Source of the DNA: Xylella taiwanensis
GTDB taxonomy: Bacteria; Pseudomonadota; Gammaproteobacteria; Xanthomonadales; Xanthomonadaceae
Assembly: GCF_013177435.1 (NCBI RefSeq)
Contig: NZ_CP053627.1
Coordinates: 1,020,001 to 1,052,000 of the forward strand
Direction: 5' to 3'
DNA: 32,000 bases
Position 1 is the first letter of the stretch. Every line of letters begins with the position of its first letter. The translations under genes were made by a program, and so were the position numbers. Positions 11,642 through 21,313 of the stretch are shown one piece after another. The notes under the pieces are model-generated. The model saw nothing but the letters and a program-made list of their open reading frames with translations. It had not been told where the DNA came from and searched no databases.

Positions 11642-13249
11642 ATGAGCAAGTCCCATATGTTTCGAGGGTTGCTGTCGTTCAGTAGCATGACCATGGTGTC
11701 ACGGGTGCTGGGCTTGGTGCGGGACCAGGTGATTTCGACCCAGTTCGGTGCCAATGCGATCACGGATGCCTTCATGGTGGCATTTCGTGTACCGAATTTT
11801 CTGCGTCGACTGTTTGCTGAGGGCTCATTCGCCACGGCCTTTGTCCCCGTATTCACCGAAGTGAAGGAGACCCGTCCGCACACTGAACTGCGCGCACTGA
11901 TGGCACGCGTGTCTGGCACGCTGGGGGGAGTGCTGTTGATCGTGACTGCATTGGGGCTGTTGTTGGCACCGCAGTTGGCTTGGCTATTCGGGAGTGGCGT
12001 CAATACCGATCCGGCGAAACAGGGATTGTTGACCGAATTATTTCGGTTGACCTTCCCATTTCTGTTGTTCGTTTCGCTGACTGCATTAGCAAGCGGCGCA
12101 CTGAACAGCTTCCAGCGTTTTGCAATGCCGGCGCTCACTCCGGTGATCCTTAATCTATGCATGATTAGCGGTGCGTTATGGCTGGCACCACGGCTGCAAG
12201 TGCCTATCTTGGCACTGGGGTGGGCGGTATTGGCGGCCGGTATCCTGCAATTGCTGTTCCAACTCCCGGCATTGCACAGTATCGATCTGCTGACGCTGCC
12301 ACGCTGGGGTTGGAGTCATCCGGATGTGCGCAAGATCCTCGGACTGATGGTACCCACACTGTTTGGTTCCTCGGTTGCTCAAATTAATTTGTTAATGGAT
12401 ACCTTCATTGCGGCGCGACTGAGTGACGGTTCGCAGACGTGGTTGTCACTGGCCGACCGCTTTCTGGAACTGCCACTGGGTGTGTTCGGTGTGGCATTAG
12501 GTACGGTCATCTTGCCGACGCTGGCGCGCCATCACGTCAAGACCGACAGCGCTAGTTTCTCCAATGCGCTGGATTGGGGGCTGCGCACCACGTTGCTGAT
12601 TGTCGTACCTGCGATGCTGGGACTCCTGCTGCTAGCCGAGCCATTAGTGGCGACGCTATTTCAATACCAGCACTTCACCGCGTTCGATGTGCGCATGACC
12701 GCCCTTTCAGTCTATGGATTGAGTTTTGGCTTGCCTGCCTTCGCATTGCTAAAAGTGGTGCTTCCGGCGTTTTACGCACGCCAAGACACGACCACCCCAG
12801 TGCGTGCTGGCATTGCGGCGCTGCTGGCCAATATGTTGCTGAATGTTGCCCTGTTGGCATTGCTGTATCAGTGGATGGTGCCAGCATCCCTGAAGGCACA
12901 GGGCGTGCTGGCCGCCTTGGGTCAACAGCCAGGATTGCATCTGGCCCTGGGCATCGCCAGCGCGTTATCCAGCTACCTGAATCTTGGGTTGCTCTGGTAT
13001 TGGCTCAGCCGAAGCAACATCTACAGCCGACGTCCAGGGTGGAGCGGATACCTGCTGCGTCTCACACTGGCATGTGCCGCAATGGTTGCAGTCCTGCTGG
13101 CACTGATGCACTGGCGCCCCGATTCCTCCAGCATGGACCAGTGGCAGAAGATCGGTTGGCTGGTGATTCTGGTCGGTGGGGGAGGGCTCACCTATGGGGT
13201 GACTCAAGTCGCACTAGGATGGCGTCCGCATCACCTGCGCCAAGGATAG
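11642..13249 (+). CDS. murJ: lipid II flippase MurJ (MviN)
   Basis: The ORF is 535 aa and polytopic. The N-terminus [54 protein letters not shown] is the MurJ signature region. Confidence 0.93.
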   Translation: MSKSHMFRGLLSFSSMTMVSRVLGLVRDQVISTQFGANAITDAFMVAFRVPNFLRRLFAEGSFATAFVPVFTEVKETRPHTELRALMARVSGTLGGVLLIVTALGLLLAPQLAWLFGSGVNTDPAKQGLLTELFRLTFPFLLFVSLTALASGALNSFQRFAMPALTPVILNLCMISGALWLAPRLQVPILALGWAVLAAGILQLLFQLPALHSIDLLTLPRWGWSHPDVRKILGLMVPTLFGSSVAQINLLMDTFIAARLSDGSQTWLSLADRFLELPLGVFGVALGTVILPTLARHHVKTDSASFSNALDWGLRTTLLIVVPAMLGLLLLAEPLVATLFQYQHFTAFDVRMTALSVYGLSFGLPAFALLKVVLPAFYARQDTTTPVRAGIAALLANMLLNVALLALLYQWMVPASLKAQGVLAALGQQPGLHLALGIASALSSYLNLGLLWYWLSRSNIYSRRPGWSGYLLRLTLACAAMVAVLLALMHWRPDSSSMDQWQKIGWLVILVGGGGLTYGVTQVALGWRPHHLRQG

Positions 13250-13404
13250 AAACGTGGAGTCCTCCATCCCTGGTCACCGCATACGCCAGCTGGCCGAAAT
13301 ACGTGGCGCTGCTCGGCCTTGGTGTAGCAGCCCAGTTATACTTTCCAATAGTGACGTATCACCACGCCCGGCCATCCCCGTATCCGGGCTTTTTGGATTG
13401 ATCA

Positions 13405-14352
13405 ATGGGTAGGGTGTTTAGAGATATCGAAGGTGGGAGGCTGTTCCCGCATGGAAGTGTCGTTTGCATCGGCGCTTTTGATGGTCTGCATCTGGGTCAT
13501 CAAGCGCTCGTCCGTCGTGCGTTTCAACATGCAACGGCCTTGGATGTCCCCACCGTGGCACTGAGCTTCGAACCGCTGCCACGCGAATTTTTCGCCCCTG
13601 CCGCCCCGCCCCCGCGTTTGACCTTGACACGCGCCAAGATCGAGGGGCTGCACCGTTTCGGTGCCGACAGCGTCGGCTTGCTGCGTTTCGACACCCGACT
13701 TGCAGCGATGCGTGCTCAAGCCTTCGTCGAGCATGTTCTGGTTGGGCGCTTGGGGGTACGCGAGGTTTTGATTGGGCCGCAGTTCCGTTTTGGGCATCAG
13801 CGCAGCGGTGATATCGCGCTGTTGCAGCAATTGGGCCTGAGGTACGGTTTCACAGCCACCGAGATTGCACCCTTACACCGGCATGGTGAGCGCGTCTCTG
13901 CAACCAGAATCCGCACACTGTTGGCCGCAGGCCATTTTGCCCACGTGGCTGAGCTGCTGGGCCGACCCTACATGATCGGCGGGCACGTTGTGCGTGGCCG
14001 GCAGATTGGCAGCACTCTGGGCTACCCGACGGCGAATATGCGTTTCCCGCATCCCCTCGCACTGGCCGGCATTTATGCGACCTGGGTGCATGGCATCTTC
14101 GAGCAGCCATGGCCTTCGGTCTCCAGCTTCGGGACCCGGCCCACCGTCGGCGGTGTGGAACCGCTGCTGGAGGTGCATCTGTTCGATTTCCAAGGCGATC
14201 TATATGGACGCCGTATCGACGTCGAATTTGTCGCAAAACTACGTGACGAAGCGACATTCCCTGATCTCCCGACAATGACCACACAGATACATCGCGACGC
14301 CCAAGAGGCGCGTCGCATTCTTTCCGAACATAGACTGCGAGCCACCGCGTGA
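13405..14352 (+). CDS. ribF: bifunctional riboflavin kinase / FMN adenylyltransferase
   Basis: The ORF is 315 aa and contains [18 protein letters not shown] (nucleotidyltransferase HxGH) and the C-terminal riboflavin kinase motifs GYPTANM and [14 protein letters not shown]. Its stop overlaps the ileS GTG start (GTGA at 14349-14352). Confidence 0.93.
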   Translation: MGRVFRDIEGGRLFPHGSVVCIGAFDGLHLGHQALVRRAFQHATALDVPTVALSFEPLPREFFAPAAPPPRLTLTRAKIEGLHRFGADSVGLLRFDTRLAAMRAQAFVEHVLVGRLGVREVLIGPQFRFGHQRSGDIALLQQLGLRYGFTATEIAPLHRHGERVSATRIRTLLAAGHFAHVAELLGRPYMIGGHVVRGRQIGSTLGYPTANMRFPHPLALAGIYATWVHGIFEQPWPSVSSFGTRPTVGGVEPLLEVHLFDFQGDLYGRRIDVEFVAKLRDEATFPDLPTMTTQIHRDAQEARRILSEHRLRATA

Positions 14353-17180
14353 GCCAAGACTACAAAGCCACCCTCCATCTGCCCGCAACCGACTTCCCAA
14401 TGCGTGGCGACCTCCCCAAGCGTGAGCCGGCCATGCTGGAACGTTGGGAACGTGAGGGACTTTACACACAGCTGCGCGCCCGTACCAAGGGCCGCCCTCT
14501 GTTCGTCCTGCATGATGGCCCACCCTACGCCAATGGTCAGATCCACCTTGGCCATGCCGTCAACAAGATCCTCAAAGACATCATCATCAAGTCCAAGCAC
14601 CTGGATGGTTTCGACGCACCGTACATTCCGGGCTGGGATTGCCACGGCTTGCCCATCGAGATCGCCATCGAAAAGAAATACGGCAAGGTGGGTGTCACCT
14701 TGGATGCGGTGCAGTTCCGCCAAAAGTGCCGCGAGTATGCTGCCGAGCAGATCGAGTTGCAGCGTCGCGATTTCAAGCGCCTGGGCGTGATTGGTGACTG
14801 GGACGCCCCATACAAGACGCTTGACTTCCGCTTCGAAGCCAACGAGATCCGTGCGCTTGCCAAGATCGTCGATAAAGGCCACCTGGTCCGTGGTGTCAAG
14901 CCAGTGCATTGGTGCTTCGACTGCGGTTCGGCACTGGCCGAAGCGGAGATCGAATATGCCGACAAAACCTCTCCCATGGTGGATGTTGCCTATCCAGTGC
15001 TTGACCCCACGGCGTTTGCAGCGGTATTCAACGTCACGGTGCCGTCTGATGTTCAGCTCGCCGTGCCGATTTGGACCACCACACCGTGGACACTCCCTGC
15101 TTCGCTGGCCGTCTCTGTGGGACCAACACTGGACTACGTCTTGGTTGAAGGGCCGGCGCACTCCGGGCACCGCCGCTGGTTAGTGCTGGCCGAGGCACTG
15201 GCCGAGAAAGCACTGGCACGCTACGGCATCGGCGCAGTGGTGGTACATGGGCGCGCCAAGGGGGCCGCGCTCGATCTGCACATGTTGGCGCATCCATTTT
15301 ATGCCGAGCGCCAGATCCCGTTGCTGCTTGGTAACCATGTTTCGGCTGAAGACGGTACCGGCGCGGTACACACCGCGCCTGGTCACGGCCAGGAAGACTA
15401 CCAAGTCTCTCAGCAATACGGGTTACTGGGCCGGTATAGCAGCGCGCAACTCAACCCCGTCGACGACCGCGGCGTCTACTTGCCTTCGACCCCGCCACTT
15501 GGTGAGATCCCACTGGCCGGTCTGCATATCTGGAAGGCCAACTCTGTCATTGTCGAAGCGTTGCGTGCTCGCGGCGCGTTGCTTGCCGCCGGTGAAATGC
15601 GTCATAGCTACCCGCACTGCTGGCGCCACAAAACCCCCATCGCGTTCCGCGCCACACCGCAGTGGTTCATCTCTATGGAGCAGGCTGGCTTGCGTGCGGA
15701 TGCGCTGCAGGCCATCGCGCAGGTTGCTTGGTACCCCGGATGGGGGCAGGCACGCATCGCCGGTATGATCGCAAACCGTCCGGACTGGACCATCTCACGG
15801 CAACGCACCTGGGGCGTGCCGATTCCACTCTTTGTACACCGTGAGAGTGGAGAACCCCATCCGCGCAGTACCGCGTTGATGCGCCAAGTGGCGGAGCGCG
15901 TCGAGCAGCAAGGTGTGGACGTCTGGTACTCGCTGGATCAAGCGGAGTTGCTGGGTACCGAAACCGATCAATACGAGAAGATCACCGACATTCTCGACGT
16001 CTGGTTTGATTCTGGTATCACCCACGATGCCGTCCTCACCGAGGGCGGCCTGCCTAAACCTGCTGATCTGTATCTGGAGGGGGCCGACCAACACCGCGGT
16101 TGGTTCCAATCTTCGCTGCTGACCAGCGTGGCAATGGACAATGCTGCACCGTATAAACAATGCCTGACCCACGGTTTCACTGTGGACGAGCACGGCCGCA
16201 AGATGTCCAAATCGTTGGGCAATGGTATCGAGCCACAGGACATCATGAAGACCCTGGGCGCGGACATCCTGCGCTTGTGGATTGCCTCCGCTGACTACAG
16301 CAACGAGATGTCTCTCTCCCAGGAGATCCTCAAGCGCAACGCTGACGCCTATCGGCGTATCCGCAACACGGCCCGCTTCTTACTGGGCAACCTGCATGGC
16401 TTTGATCCCGCCGTACACCTGGTGGCCCTGAACGACATGGTGGCTTTAGATCGCTGGATCGTACATCGCGCCTTTGAGTTGCAAGAGACCATCAAGGCGG
16501 CTTACACGCGTTACGACTTCGCCGAGATCGTGCAGGCCGTGTTGAATTTCTGCAGCGTGGACCTGGGGTCGCTGTACCTGGACGTCACCAAAGATCGCTT
16601 GTACACCATGCGTGAAGACGCCCCTGGCCGGCGTTCTGCACAGACCGCGATGTTCCATGTCACTGAAGCCTTGGTGCGTTGGATCGCACCGATATTAAGT
16701 TTCACGGCTGACGAACTGTGGACCTATTTGCCGGGTGACCACGCGGACAATGTGCTTTTCGTCACCTGGTACGCAGGCTTGGCGCCATTGCCAGGCAACG
16801 CACCGCTGACGGTGACCGACTTCGATAAGTTACTGATGTTGCGCGACCAAGTCACCAAAGTGTTGGAACCGATGCGCGCCAACGGCGTGATCGGTGCTGC
16901 ATTGGAAGCAGAAATCACCGTCGCTGCTGATGCTGATAGCGCCGCACGCTGGCAATCGCTGACCGAGGAGCTGCGCTTTCTGTTCATCAGTGGTGATGTG
17001 ACCGTGACGGTGGCTAATACTGACGGCGTCTTTGTCAGTGCCCAGCCAACCACCAAAGCCAAATGCGCCCGCTGCTGGCATTATCGTGCCGATGTCGGTG
17101 CCGACCCAAGGCATCCGGAACTCTGCGGGCGTTGTGTCAGTAACGTCGAGGGTCCAGGTGAAGTGCGTCGTTGGTTCTGA
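14349..17180 (+). CDS. ileS: isoleucine--tRNA ligase
   Basis: The ORF is 943 aa, with the class I HIGH motif ([14 protein letters not shown]), KMSKS ([10 protein letters not shown]) and a C-terminal Zn-binding Cys cluster (CARCWHY...CGRC). Confidence 0.97.
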   Translation: MSQDYKATLHLPATDFPMRGDLPKREPAMLERWEREGLYTQLRARTKGRPLFVLHDGPPYANGQIHLGHAVNKILKDIIIKSKHLDGFDAPYIPGWDCHGLPIEIAIEKKYGKVGVTLDAVQFRQKCREYAAEQIELQRRDFKRLGVIGDWDAPYKTLDFRFEANEIRALAKIVDKGHLVRGVKPVHWCFDCGSALAEAEIEYADKTSPMVDVAYPVLDPTAFAAVFNVTVPSDVQLAVPIWTTTPWTLPASLAVSVGPTLDYVLVEGPAHSGHRRWLVLAEALAEKALARYGIGAVVVHGRAKGAALDLHMLAHPFYAERQIPLLLGNHVSAEDGTGAVHTAPGHGQEDYQVSQQYGLLGRYSSAQLNPVDDRGVYLPSTPPLGEIPLAGLHIWKANSVIVEALRARGALLAAGEMRHSYPHCWRHKTPIAFRATPQWFISMEQAGLRADALQAIAQVAWYPGWGQARIAGMIANRPDWTISRQRTWGVPIPLFVHRESGEPHPRSTALMRQVAERVEQQGVDVWYSLDQAELLGTETDQYEKITDILDVWFDSGITHDAVLTEGGLPKPADLYLEGADQHRGWFQSSLLTSVAMDNAAPYKQCLTHGFTVDEHGRKMSKSLGNGIEPQDIMKTLGADILRLWIASADYSNEMSLSQEILKRNADAYRRIRNTARFLLGNLHGFDPAVHLVALNDMVALDRWIVHRAFELQETIKAAYTRYDFAEIVQAVLNFCSVDLGSLYLDVTKDRLYTMREDAPGRRSAQTAMFHVTEALVRWIAPILSFTADELWTYLPGDHADNVLFVTWYAGLAPLPGNAPLTVTDFDKLLMLRDQVTKVLEPMRANGVIGAALEAEITVAADADSAARWQSLTEELRFLFISGDVTVTVANTDGVFVSAQPTTKAKCARCWHYRADVGADPRHPELCGRCVSNVEGPGEVRRWF

Positions 17181-17498
17181 ATACCTGCCTGCGAGCGGCG
17201 TTGCGGCCCACATCTACCGCTGTACTCGGATGGACGTCGCAACGTGTGGAGATTGCGTGTACTCCCCGTGCTTTACTGAAACATAGACGCCACGTTCAAC
17301 AGAACATGAGACATTCTGCTCTGACAGCCTACAACGCCACAACGTTTCTCCTGAAAACGGGCCAGCGTGTGCCATCCGATACCGGATGAATGTCTGGCCA
17401 CAGAGTGCATCTCACCGTTTTTTCTTATCTTTCCTGTAGCGACCTTTTCAGCTGCTGAAAAAACCACCAAAGACTTAAAAGACCAGGCCGCCGATCAT

Positions 17499-18002
17499 AT
17501 GACCAAACCATCCCACTCCAACGCGCTGATCTGGTTACTGCTTTCGGTCGGCGTCATTGCTCTGGACCAATGCACCAAAGCTTGGGTCCTATCCAGCCTG
17601 CCCGAATACATCCCCGTGCCAGTGATTAATGGGTTCTGGAATTGGTACCGCAGCTACAATACCGGCGCAGCGTTCAGCTTACTTAGCGAAGCGGGTGGTT
17701 GGCAGCTGTGGTTCTTCGTGGCATTGGCTGTTGGCATCAGTGGCGTGCTGATGTTCTGGCTCTCACGTACTCCACGGCGCGAATGGCGCAGCGCATTGCC
17801 CTATGCGCTGATCATTGGAGGAGCCATTGGTAACGTGATTGACCGACTGATGCATGGTCACGTAGTCGATTTCATCCAATGGCACGTGGGTTCCTATTAC
17901 TGGCCTTCGTTTAACGTTGCAGATTCGGCCATTGTCGCTGGTGCCATCGGTATTGCCGTGTTTGGCCTACTGAACGGCAAGCACCACTCAAAAACAGGAT
18001 AA
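17499..18002 (+). CDS. lspA: lipoprotein signal peptidase II
   Basis: The protein reads [30 protein letters not shown]...NTGAAFS...[15 protein letters not shown]...FNVADSAI. I trimmed the start from the track ORF (17367) to the ATG at 17499. The product is 167 aa. Confidence 0.9.
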   Translation: MTKPSHSNALIWLLLSVGVIALDQCTKAWVLSSLPEYIPVPVINGFWNWYRSYNTGAAFSLLSEAGGWQLWFFVALAVGISGVLMFWLSRTPRREWRSALPYALIIGGAIGNVIDRLMHGHVVDFIQWHVGSYYWPSFNVADSAIVAGAIGIAVFGLLNGKHHSKTG

Positions 18003-18060
18003 TTTCTGTCCGTACTCTGTTCCCCTGACAGAGTGCCTCACCGCCATATAGAAGCCCGCA

Positions 18061-19011
18061 ATGAAAGTCCTGCTTGCCAATCCTCGAGGTTTCTGCGCCG
18101 GCGTTGACCGCGCCATCGAAATCGTCAAACGCACCATCGAGATGCTGGGAACCCCCATCTACGTCCGTCACGAAGTCGTGCATAACCGTTTCGTCGTTGA
18201 TGATTTGAAGCAACGCGGTGCGGTGTTCGTTGAAGAACTGCATCAGGTCCCCGATGGAGCAACAGTGATTTTCAGCGCCCACGGCGTATCGCAGGCCGTG
18301 CGTCGCGAAGCGGCGCAGCGTGGACTGAAAGTGTTTGACGCCACCTGCCCGCTGGTGACCAAGGTGCATCTGGACGTGGCTCGCCACTGCCGCGCCGGAC
18401 GTGACATGGTACTCATCGGTCATGCTGGACACCCGGAGGTGGAGGGCACTATGGGGCAGTGGGACCAGGAGCGTGGTGCTGGCCATATCTATTTGGTTGA
18501 GAACATCGACGATGTCGCCATGCTGGATGTAACCCAACCGCACCACCTGGCCTATACCACCCAAACCACGCTGTCGGTGGACGACACGCGCAGCATCATC
18601 GAGGCGTTACGCAGGCGCTTCCCAACCATCCAAGGGCCGAAGAACGATGACATTTGCTATGCCACCCAGAACCGCCAGGATGCGGTGCGGAATCTGGCCC
18701 GAGCATGCGACTTGGTGCTGGTCGTCGGCTCGCCAAACAGCTCCAACTCCAACCGGCTGAGCGAATTGGCGCAACGCGAGGGCGTCGTGTCCTACCTGAT
18801 CGACAGTGCTGCTGAGATCGATCCCGCCTGGGTCATTGGTAAGCACCACATCGGTGTCACCGCGGGTGCCTCTGCACCGCAAGTGCTGGTCGATGGTGTG
18901 CTGGCACGGCTGTACGAACTAGGTGCAGAAAGTGTGTTGGAACAAAGCGGCACACCGGAATCGATGGTCTTCGCACTCCCCAAGGAACTGCGCCTGCAAC
19001 TGGTGGGTTGA
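18061..19011 (+). CDS. ispH: 4-hydroxy-3-methylbut-2-enyl diphosphate reductase
   Basis: The ORF is 316 aa and reads [22 protein letters not shown]...FSAHGVS...[10 protein letters not shown]...HPEVEGT...SSNSNRL. Confidence 0.95.
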   Translation: MKVLLANPRGFCAGVDRAIEIVKRTIEMLGTPIYVRHEVVHNRFVVDDLKQRGAVFVEELHQVPDGATVIFSAHGVSQAVRREAAQRGLKVFDATCPLVTKVHLDVARHCRAGRDMVLIGHAGHPEVEGTMGQWDQERGAGHIYLVENIDDVAMLDVTQPHHLAYTTQTTLSVDDTRSIIEALRRRFPTIQGPKNDDICYATQNRQDAVRNLARACDLVLVVGSPNSSNSNRLSELAQREGVVSYLIDSAAEIDPAWVIGKHHIGVTAGASAPQVLVDGVLARLYELGAESVLEQSGTPESMVFALPKELRLQLVG

Positions 19012-19212
19012 GGGTGCGAAGCGCGCGTCGGCGTTGACCAGTCAGAACGCCCCGCCCTAAAATTCCCCGCTTAGGCCGCACTCGTTCACGGAGTGGTCAC
19101 CGTGTACTACTCGTGGCGGCGGAGGTGCAAGGCCTGCATCACCAGGCGTTCGGGCTGCCAGCGGTCCGATGGCTTTGCAGGACAGACACGGTTTAGACAT
19201 GTTTTGGTTTTC

Positions 19213-19288
19213 GCCGGTGTAGCTCAGTTGGTAGAGCAGCGCATTCGTAATGCGAAGGTCGTAGGTTCGACTCCTATCTCCGGCACCA
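19213..19288 (+). tRNA. thrW: tRNA-Thr (anticodon CGU)
   Basis: The sequence GCCGGTGTAGCTCAGTTGGTAGAGCAGCGCATTCGTAATGCGAAGGTCGTAGGTTCGACTCCTATCTCCGGCACCA folds as a cloverleaf by hand. The anticodon loop is TT-CGT-AA and the CCA is encoded. It is near-identical to the enterobacterial thrW sequence as I remember it. Confidence 0.9.
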
Positions 19289-19299
19289 TGATGTAGCGG

Positions 19300-19330
19300 A
19301 AGGCCGTCCACTTAAGGTGCGGCCTTTTGT
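19300..19330 (+). terminator. terminator-like hairpin after the tRNA
   Basis: AAGGCCG (19300-19306) pairs with CGGCCTT (19320-19326) and is followed by TTTTGTTTG. Confidence 0.5.
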
Positions 19331-19429
19331 TTGTCTCTCACTAACATAGTGCTGATCATTCCGATGCTACATGAAGTTGTTGAAGGGCTGCGTGGCATGC
19401 TGCAAGGTATAGAGTCTAAGTTAGACGCT

Positions 19430-19463
19430 CAATGCATCGTGTCGCCGGTGACACGATGCATTG
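19430..19463. other. perfect 14-bp stem hairpin in non-coding DNA downstream of the RT gene (candidate structured RNA element)
   Basis: CAATGCATCGTGTC (19430-19443), loop GCCGGT, GACACGATGCATTG (19450-19463). I checked all 14 pairs by hand. No T-run follows on either strand, so it is not a classical terminator. Confidence 0.4.
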
Positions 19464-19873
19464 CCACGATTGATGCAGTTTCTGCTTTGTCTCTGCCAGG
19501 GGGCATTGAGACACCAGTCGGCCCACCTTCCTTGACTGGCTTAACGACTATTTTCTCCCAGCTCCCAGTCTAGACTGCGTCGCAATTGACCTTTATGGCA
19601 GCGTACTGCGCAGTCCTCCACATCTATCGACTTGAGTCCGACCTAAGCGCCGTGAGTGAAGCTCGTCCAATTTCTATCAATGGCAGGACAGCACTTTCGC
19701 AAGTTGCTTGCCAATGCTGTTGTGGTCAACGTGGGATCGCTTGTCCAAGCTGTTCGAGCCAGGCGTTGAAAAAGTTGCTGCTGCGGAGCGAGCCAATCAC
19801 CAGCTTTTCGCACGGGTCGCCTATCACATGGGCGATCTTCTCTGCCACGCGCCAAGATAATCACGTTGATTGG

Positions 19874-20836
19874 TTAATGTCGTTTGCTGATTCTCGACGC
19901 ATCCGCACGATGTTGATCACGTTTTACATCATCAAGCAGTGCGAGGTGGCGCTTTAACCCGGCCACACTCGCGCGTAGCGTTAGATCATGCGGGTTTTGT
20001 TCTAGCTGCGCTTGAGCTTCCCGCATCTTACGGTGCTGCTTATTCGGAGCCCTACTGACTCCGTTTCGACAGGCGCGTCCTGTAATGAGCTTGGCGGCAT
20101 CGGCTCGGAAAACGCGCGTCTTTGAGTCCTTTAGTCTCAATCCTGAGCGGCGTATAAGGCGACCGACCCAGCGTGCGTCTGTATGGCCGAAGCCATTGCC
20201 GGTTATGGCCATGTCGTCAATATAGAGCGTGAAGACCCCGCCGCGTGACCGCACTCTGTCATTGATAGAGTCAAACAAATTGTGATATGCCCAAAAAGAC
20301 AAAAGTGGGCTGGCGGGACTTCCTGTGGCTAGGTGTCCATCGCAGCAAAGCAGATGCGCAAGTGTCTCTGACACATCAGGTGCACAGTTGAGCTTCTGTT
20401 CAAAGAATTGTGCGACGCGATGCAGTGTTACTGATTGATAGAACGAATCAATATCCATCGTGACGGTGGAGCCGTCAGCCTTGCAGTGTGCTGCAGAATT
20501 GCTCAAGTACGAGTAGCCAGGGCGCGCAGAGTGCAGATAATCGGGAAGCTCAATGCGAATAAGAAGGTCAAGTAAGCGCCTCTGAAAACCCTTTAGCCTA
20601 CGGGCAGGTGCTTCAATAAGACGATCCTTGCCAGGCTTCGATGTGTCGATGTATCTCGTGTAGTTGTCGGGCTGGCGAGTGAAGGTCTGTAGTTGCCCTG
20701 CTGTGCCGGCCCACCAAAGGATTTCAGCAAGTTTTGTATGACGCCGAATGCCATACAGGTGTGACGAAGCGATCCTGTACCGCTCAGTTCGCCTCTTTGT
20801 TGAGACGGGTTTGGTCGTCTGCTGATTCATTCTCAA
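19874..20836 (-). CDS. reverse transcriptase, retron-like (small stand-alone RT)
   Basis: The ORF is 320 aa. Its RT motifs are TMDIDSFYQSV (motif A), LATGSPASPLLS (motif B-like), FTLYIDDMAITG (YxDD, nt 20213-20224), LKDSKTRVF, and LITGRACRNG resembling the retron xVTG region, plus SNSAAH resembling retron NAxxH. There is no maturase, endonuclease or other fused domain. Confidence 0.8.
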   Translation of the reverse strand: MRMNQQTTKPVSTKRRTERYRIASSHLYGIRRHTKLAEILWWAGTAGQLQTFTRQPDNYTRYIDTSKPGKDRLIEAPARRLKGFQRRLLDLLIRIELPDYLHSARPGYSYLSNSAAHCKADGSTVTMDIDSFYQSVTLHRVAQFFEQKLNCAPDVSETLAHLLCCDGHLATGSPASPLLSFWAYHNLFDSINDRVRSRGGVFTLYIDDMAITGNGFGHTDARWVGRLIRRSGLRLKDSKTRVFRADAAKLITGRACRNGVSRAPNKQHRKMREAQAQLEQNPHDLTLRASVAGLKRHLALLDDVKRDQHRADASRISKRH

Positions 20837-21101
20837 TTGTCCATGAGAGGACGCTTAGTAGCTTCTCAGCACGGGCGCGTCTTGTTTCTGATTCACCTTC
20901 GAGTGCTTCCATGAAACTTAAAAACGTCGAAGCCGGAACATCAAAGACACTGGCATATTTGTTCAACACATTGAGGCTCACCTTCTTTTCGCCTCGTTCA
21001 AGCTCTGACAAATAAGACTTCGAGATTCCCAGCAAATCAGCGAGTTCGCCCTGCTTCATCCGATGAACCTCTCGGATGATCTTGAGGGCTCTATTCAACA
21101 T
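20784..21101 (-). CDS. XRE-family helix-turn-helix protein
   Basis: The ORF is 105 aa. LKIIREVHRMKQGELADLLGISKSYLSELERGEKKVSLNVLNKYASVF is a canonical HTH_3 pattern. A GGAGG RBS lies 5 nt upstream. Its 3' end overlaps the RT ORF by 53 nt. Confidence 0.85.
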   Translation of the reverse strand: MLNRALKIIREVHRMKQGELADLLGISKSYLSELERGEKKVSLNVLNKYASVFDVPASTFLSFMEALEGESETRRARAEKLLSVLSWTIENESADDQTRLNKEAN

Positions 21102-21132
21102 TTCGCCTCCGTATTACTTTCCTCAAGTGGGT

Positions 21133-21198
21133 AGTGTTGTTCTATGGGAGGGTGTTGGTTTTGTCGTATCATGCTTGGCTATCAGCGCAGTGTTGTTC
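21133..21198. promoter_or_regulatory. two direct repeats AGTGTTGTTC upstream of the HTH gene (candidate operator sites)
   Basis: Identical 10-mers lie at 21133-21142 and 21189-21198, spaced 56 bp apart in the 95-nt gap upstream of the HTH start. Their extended context agrees at 12 of 14 positions. Confidence 0.35.
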
Positions 21199-21313
21199 AA
21201 AAGAAACGATCAAGCAGTTTCCAGACAACCATGACCAATTGTATGAACCAAGGCTTCCTCAAGAATCGCTTGAGATAGCCAACCAACTTCTGACGCTTGT
21301 CGTGCTTCATCAT
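21197..21313 (-). CDS. hypothetical 38-aa basic/hydrophobic peptide upstream of HTH-RT (speculative)
   Basis: The peptide is MMKHDKRQKLVGYLKRFLRKPWFIQLVMVVWKLLDRFF. It is on the same strand as HTH-RT and is preceded by a purine-rich GAGATAAGAAG. It has no recognisable family and could be non-coding. Confidence 0.2.
   Translation of the reverse strand: MMKHDKRQKLVGYLKRFLRKPWFIQLVMVVWKLLDRFF

Noticed and set aside
12574-13401. 275-aa plus-strand ORF
   Set aside because: It is an alternative frame inside murJ. Its composition is unlike a membrane or globular protein.
14073-15170. 365-aa ORF on the minus strand
   Set aside because: It is entirely antisense to ileS, which has unambiguous HIGH and KMSKS motifs. 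Its Arg/Gly/His-rich composition is typical of a shadow ORF in GC-rich coding DNA.
17911-18564. 217-aa minus-strand ORF
   Set aside because: It is antisense to ispH and the 3' end of lspA. It is a shadow ORF.
19586-19957. Track ORFs (123 aa on +, 73 aa on -) in the tRNA-RT spacer. A third minus-frame peptide, AEKIAHVIGDPCEKLVIGSLRSSNFFNAWLEQLGQAIPR, also looked protein-like.
   Set aside because: The track ORFs are Cys/Arg-rich and overlap the RT 3' end. The third peptide is only ~41 codons long and has no family I can name. I treated the region as non-coding and structured instead.
19874-20836. RT interpreted as a group II intron, DGR or AbiA/AbiK-type enzyme
   Set aside because: At 320 aa it is too short and has no maturase/X, endonuclease or extra C-terminal domain. 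No intron RNA domain V/VI-like structure or TR/VR repeat pair was seen nearby. Its motifs fit retron-type RTs better.
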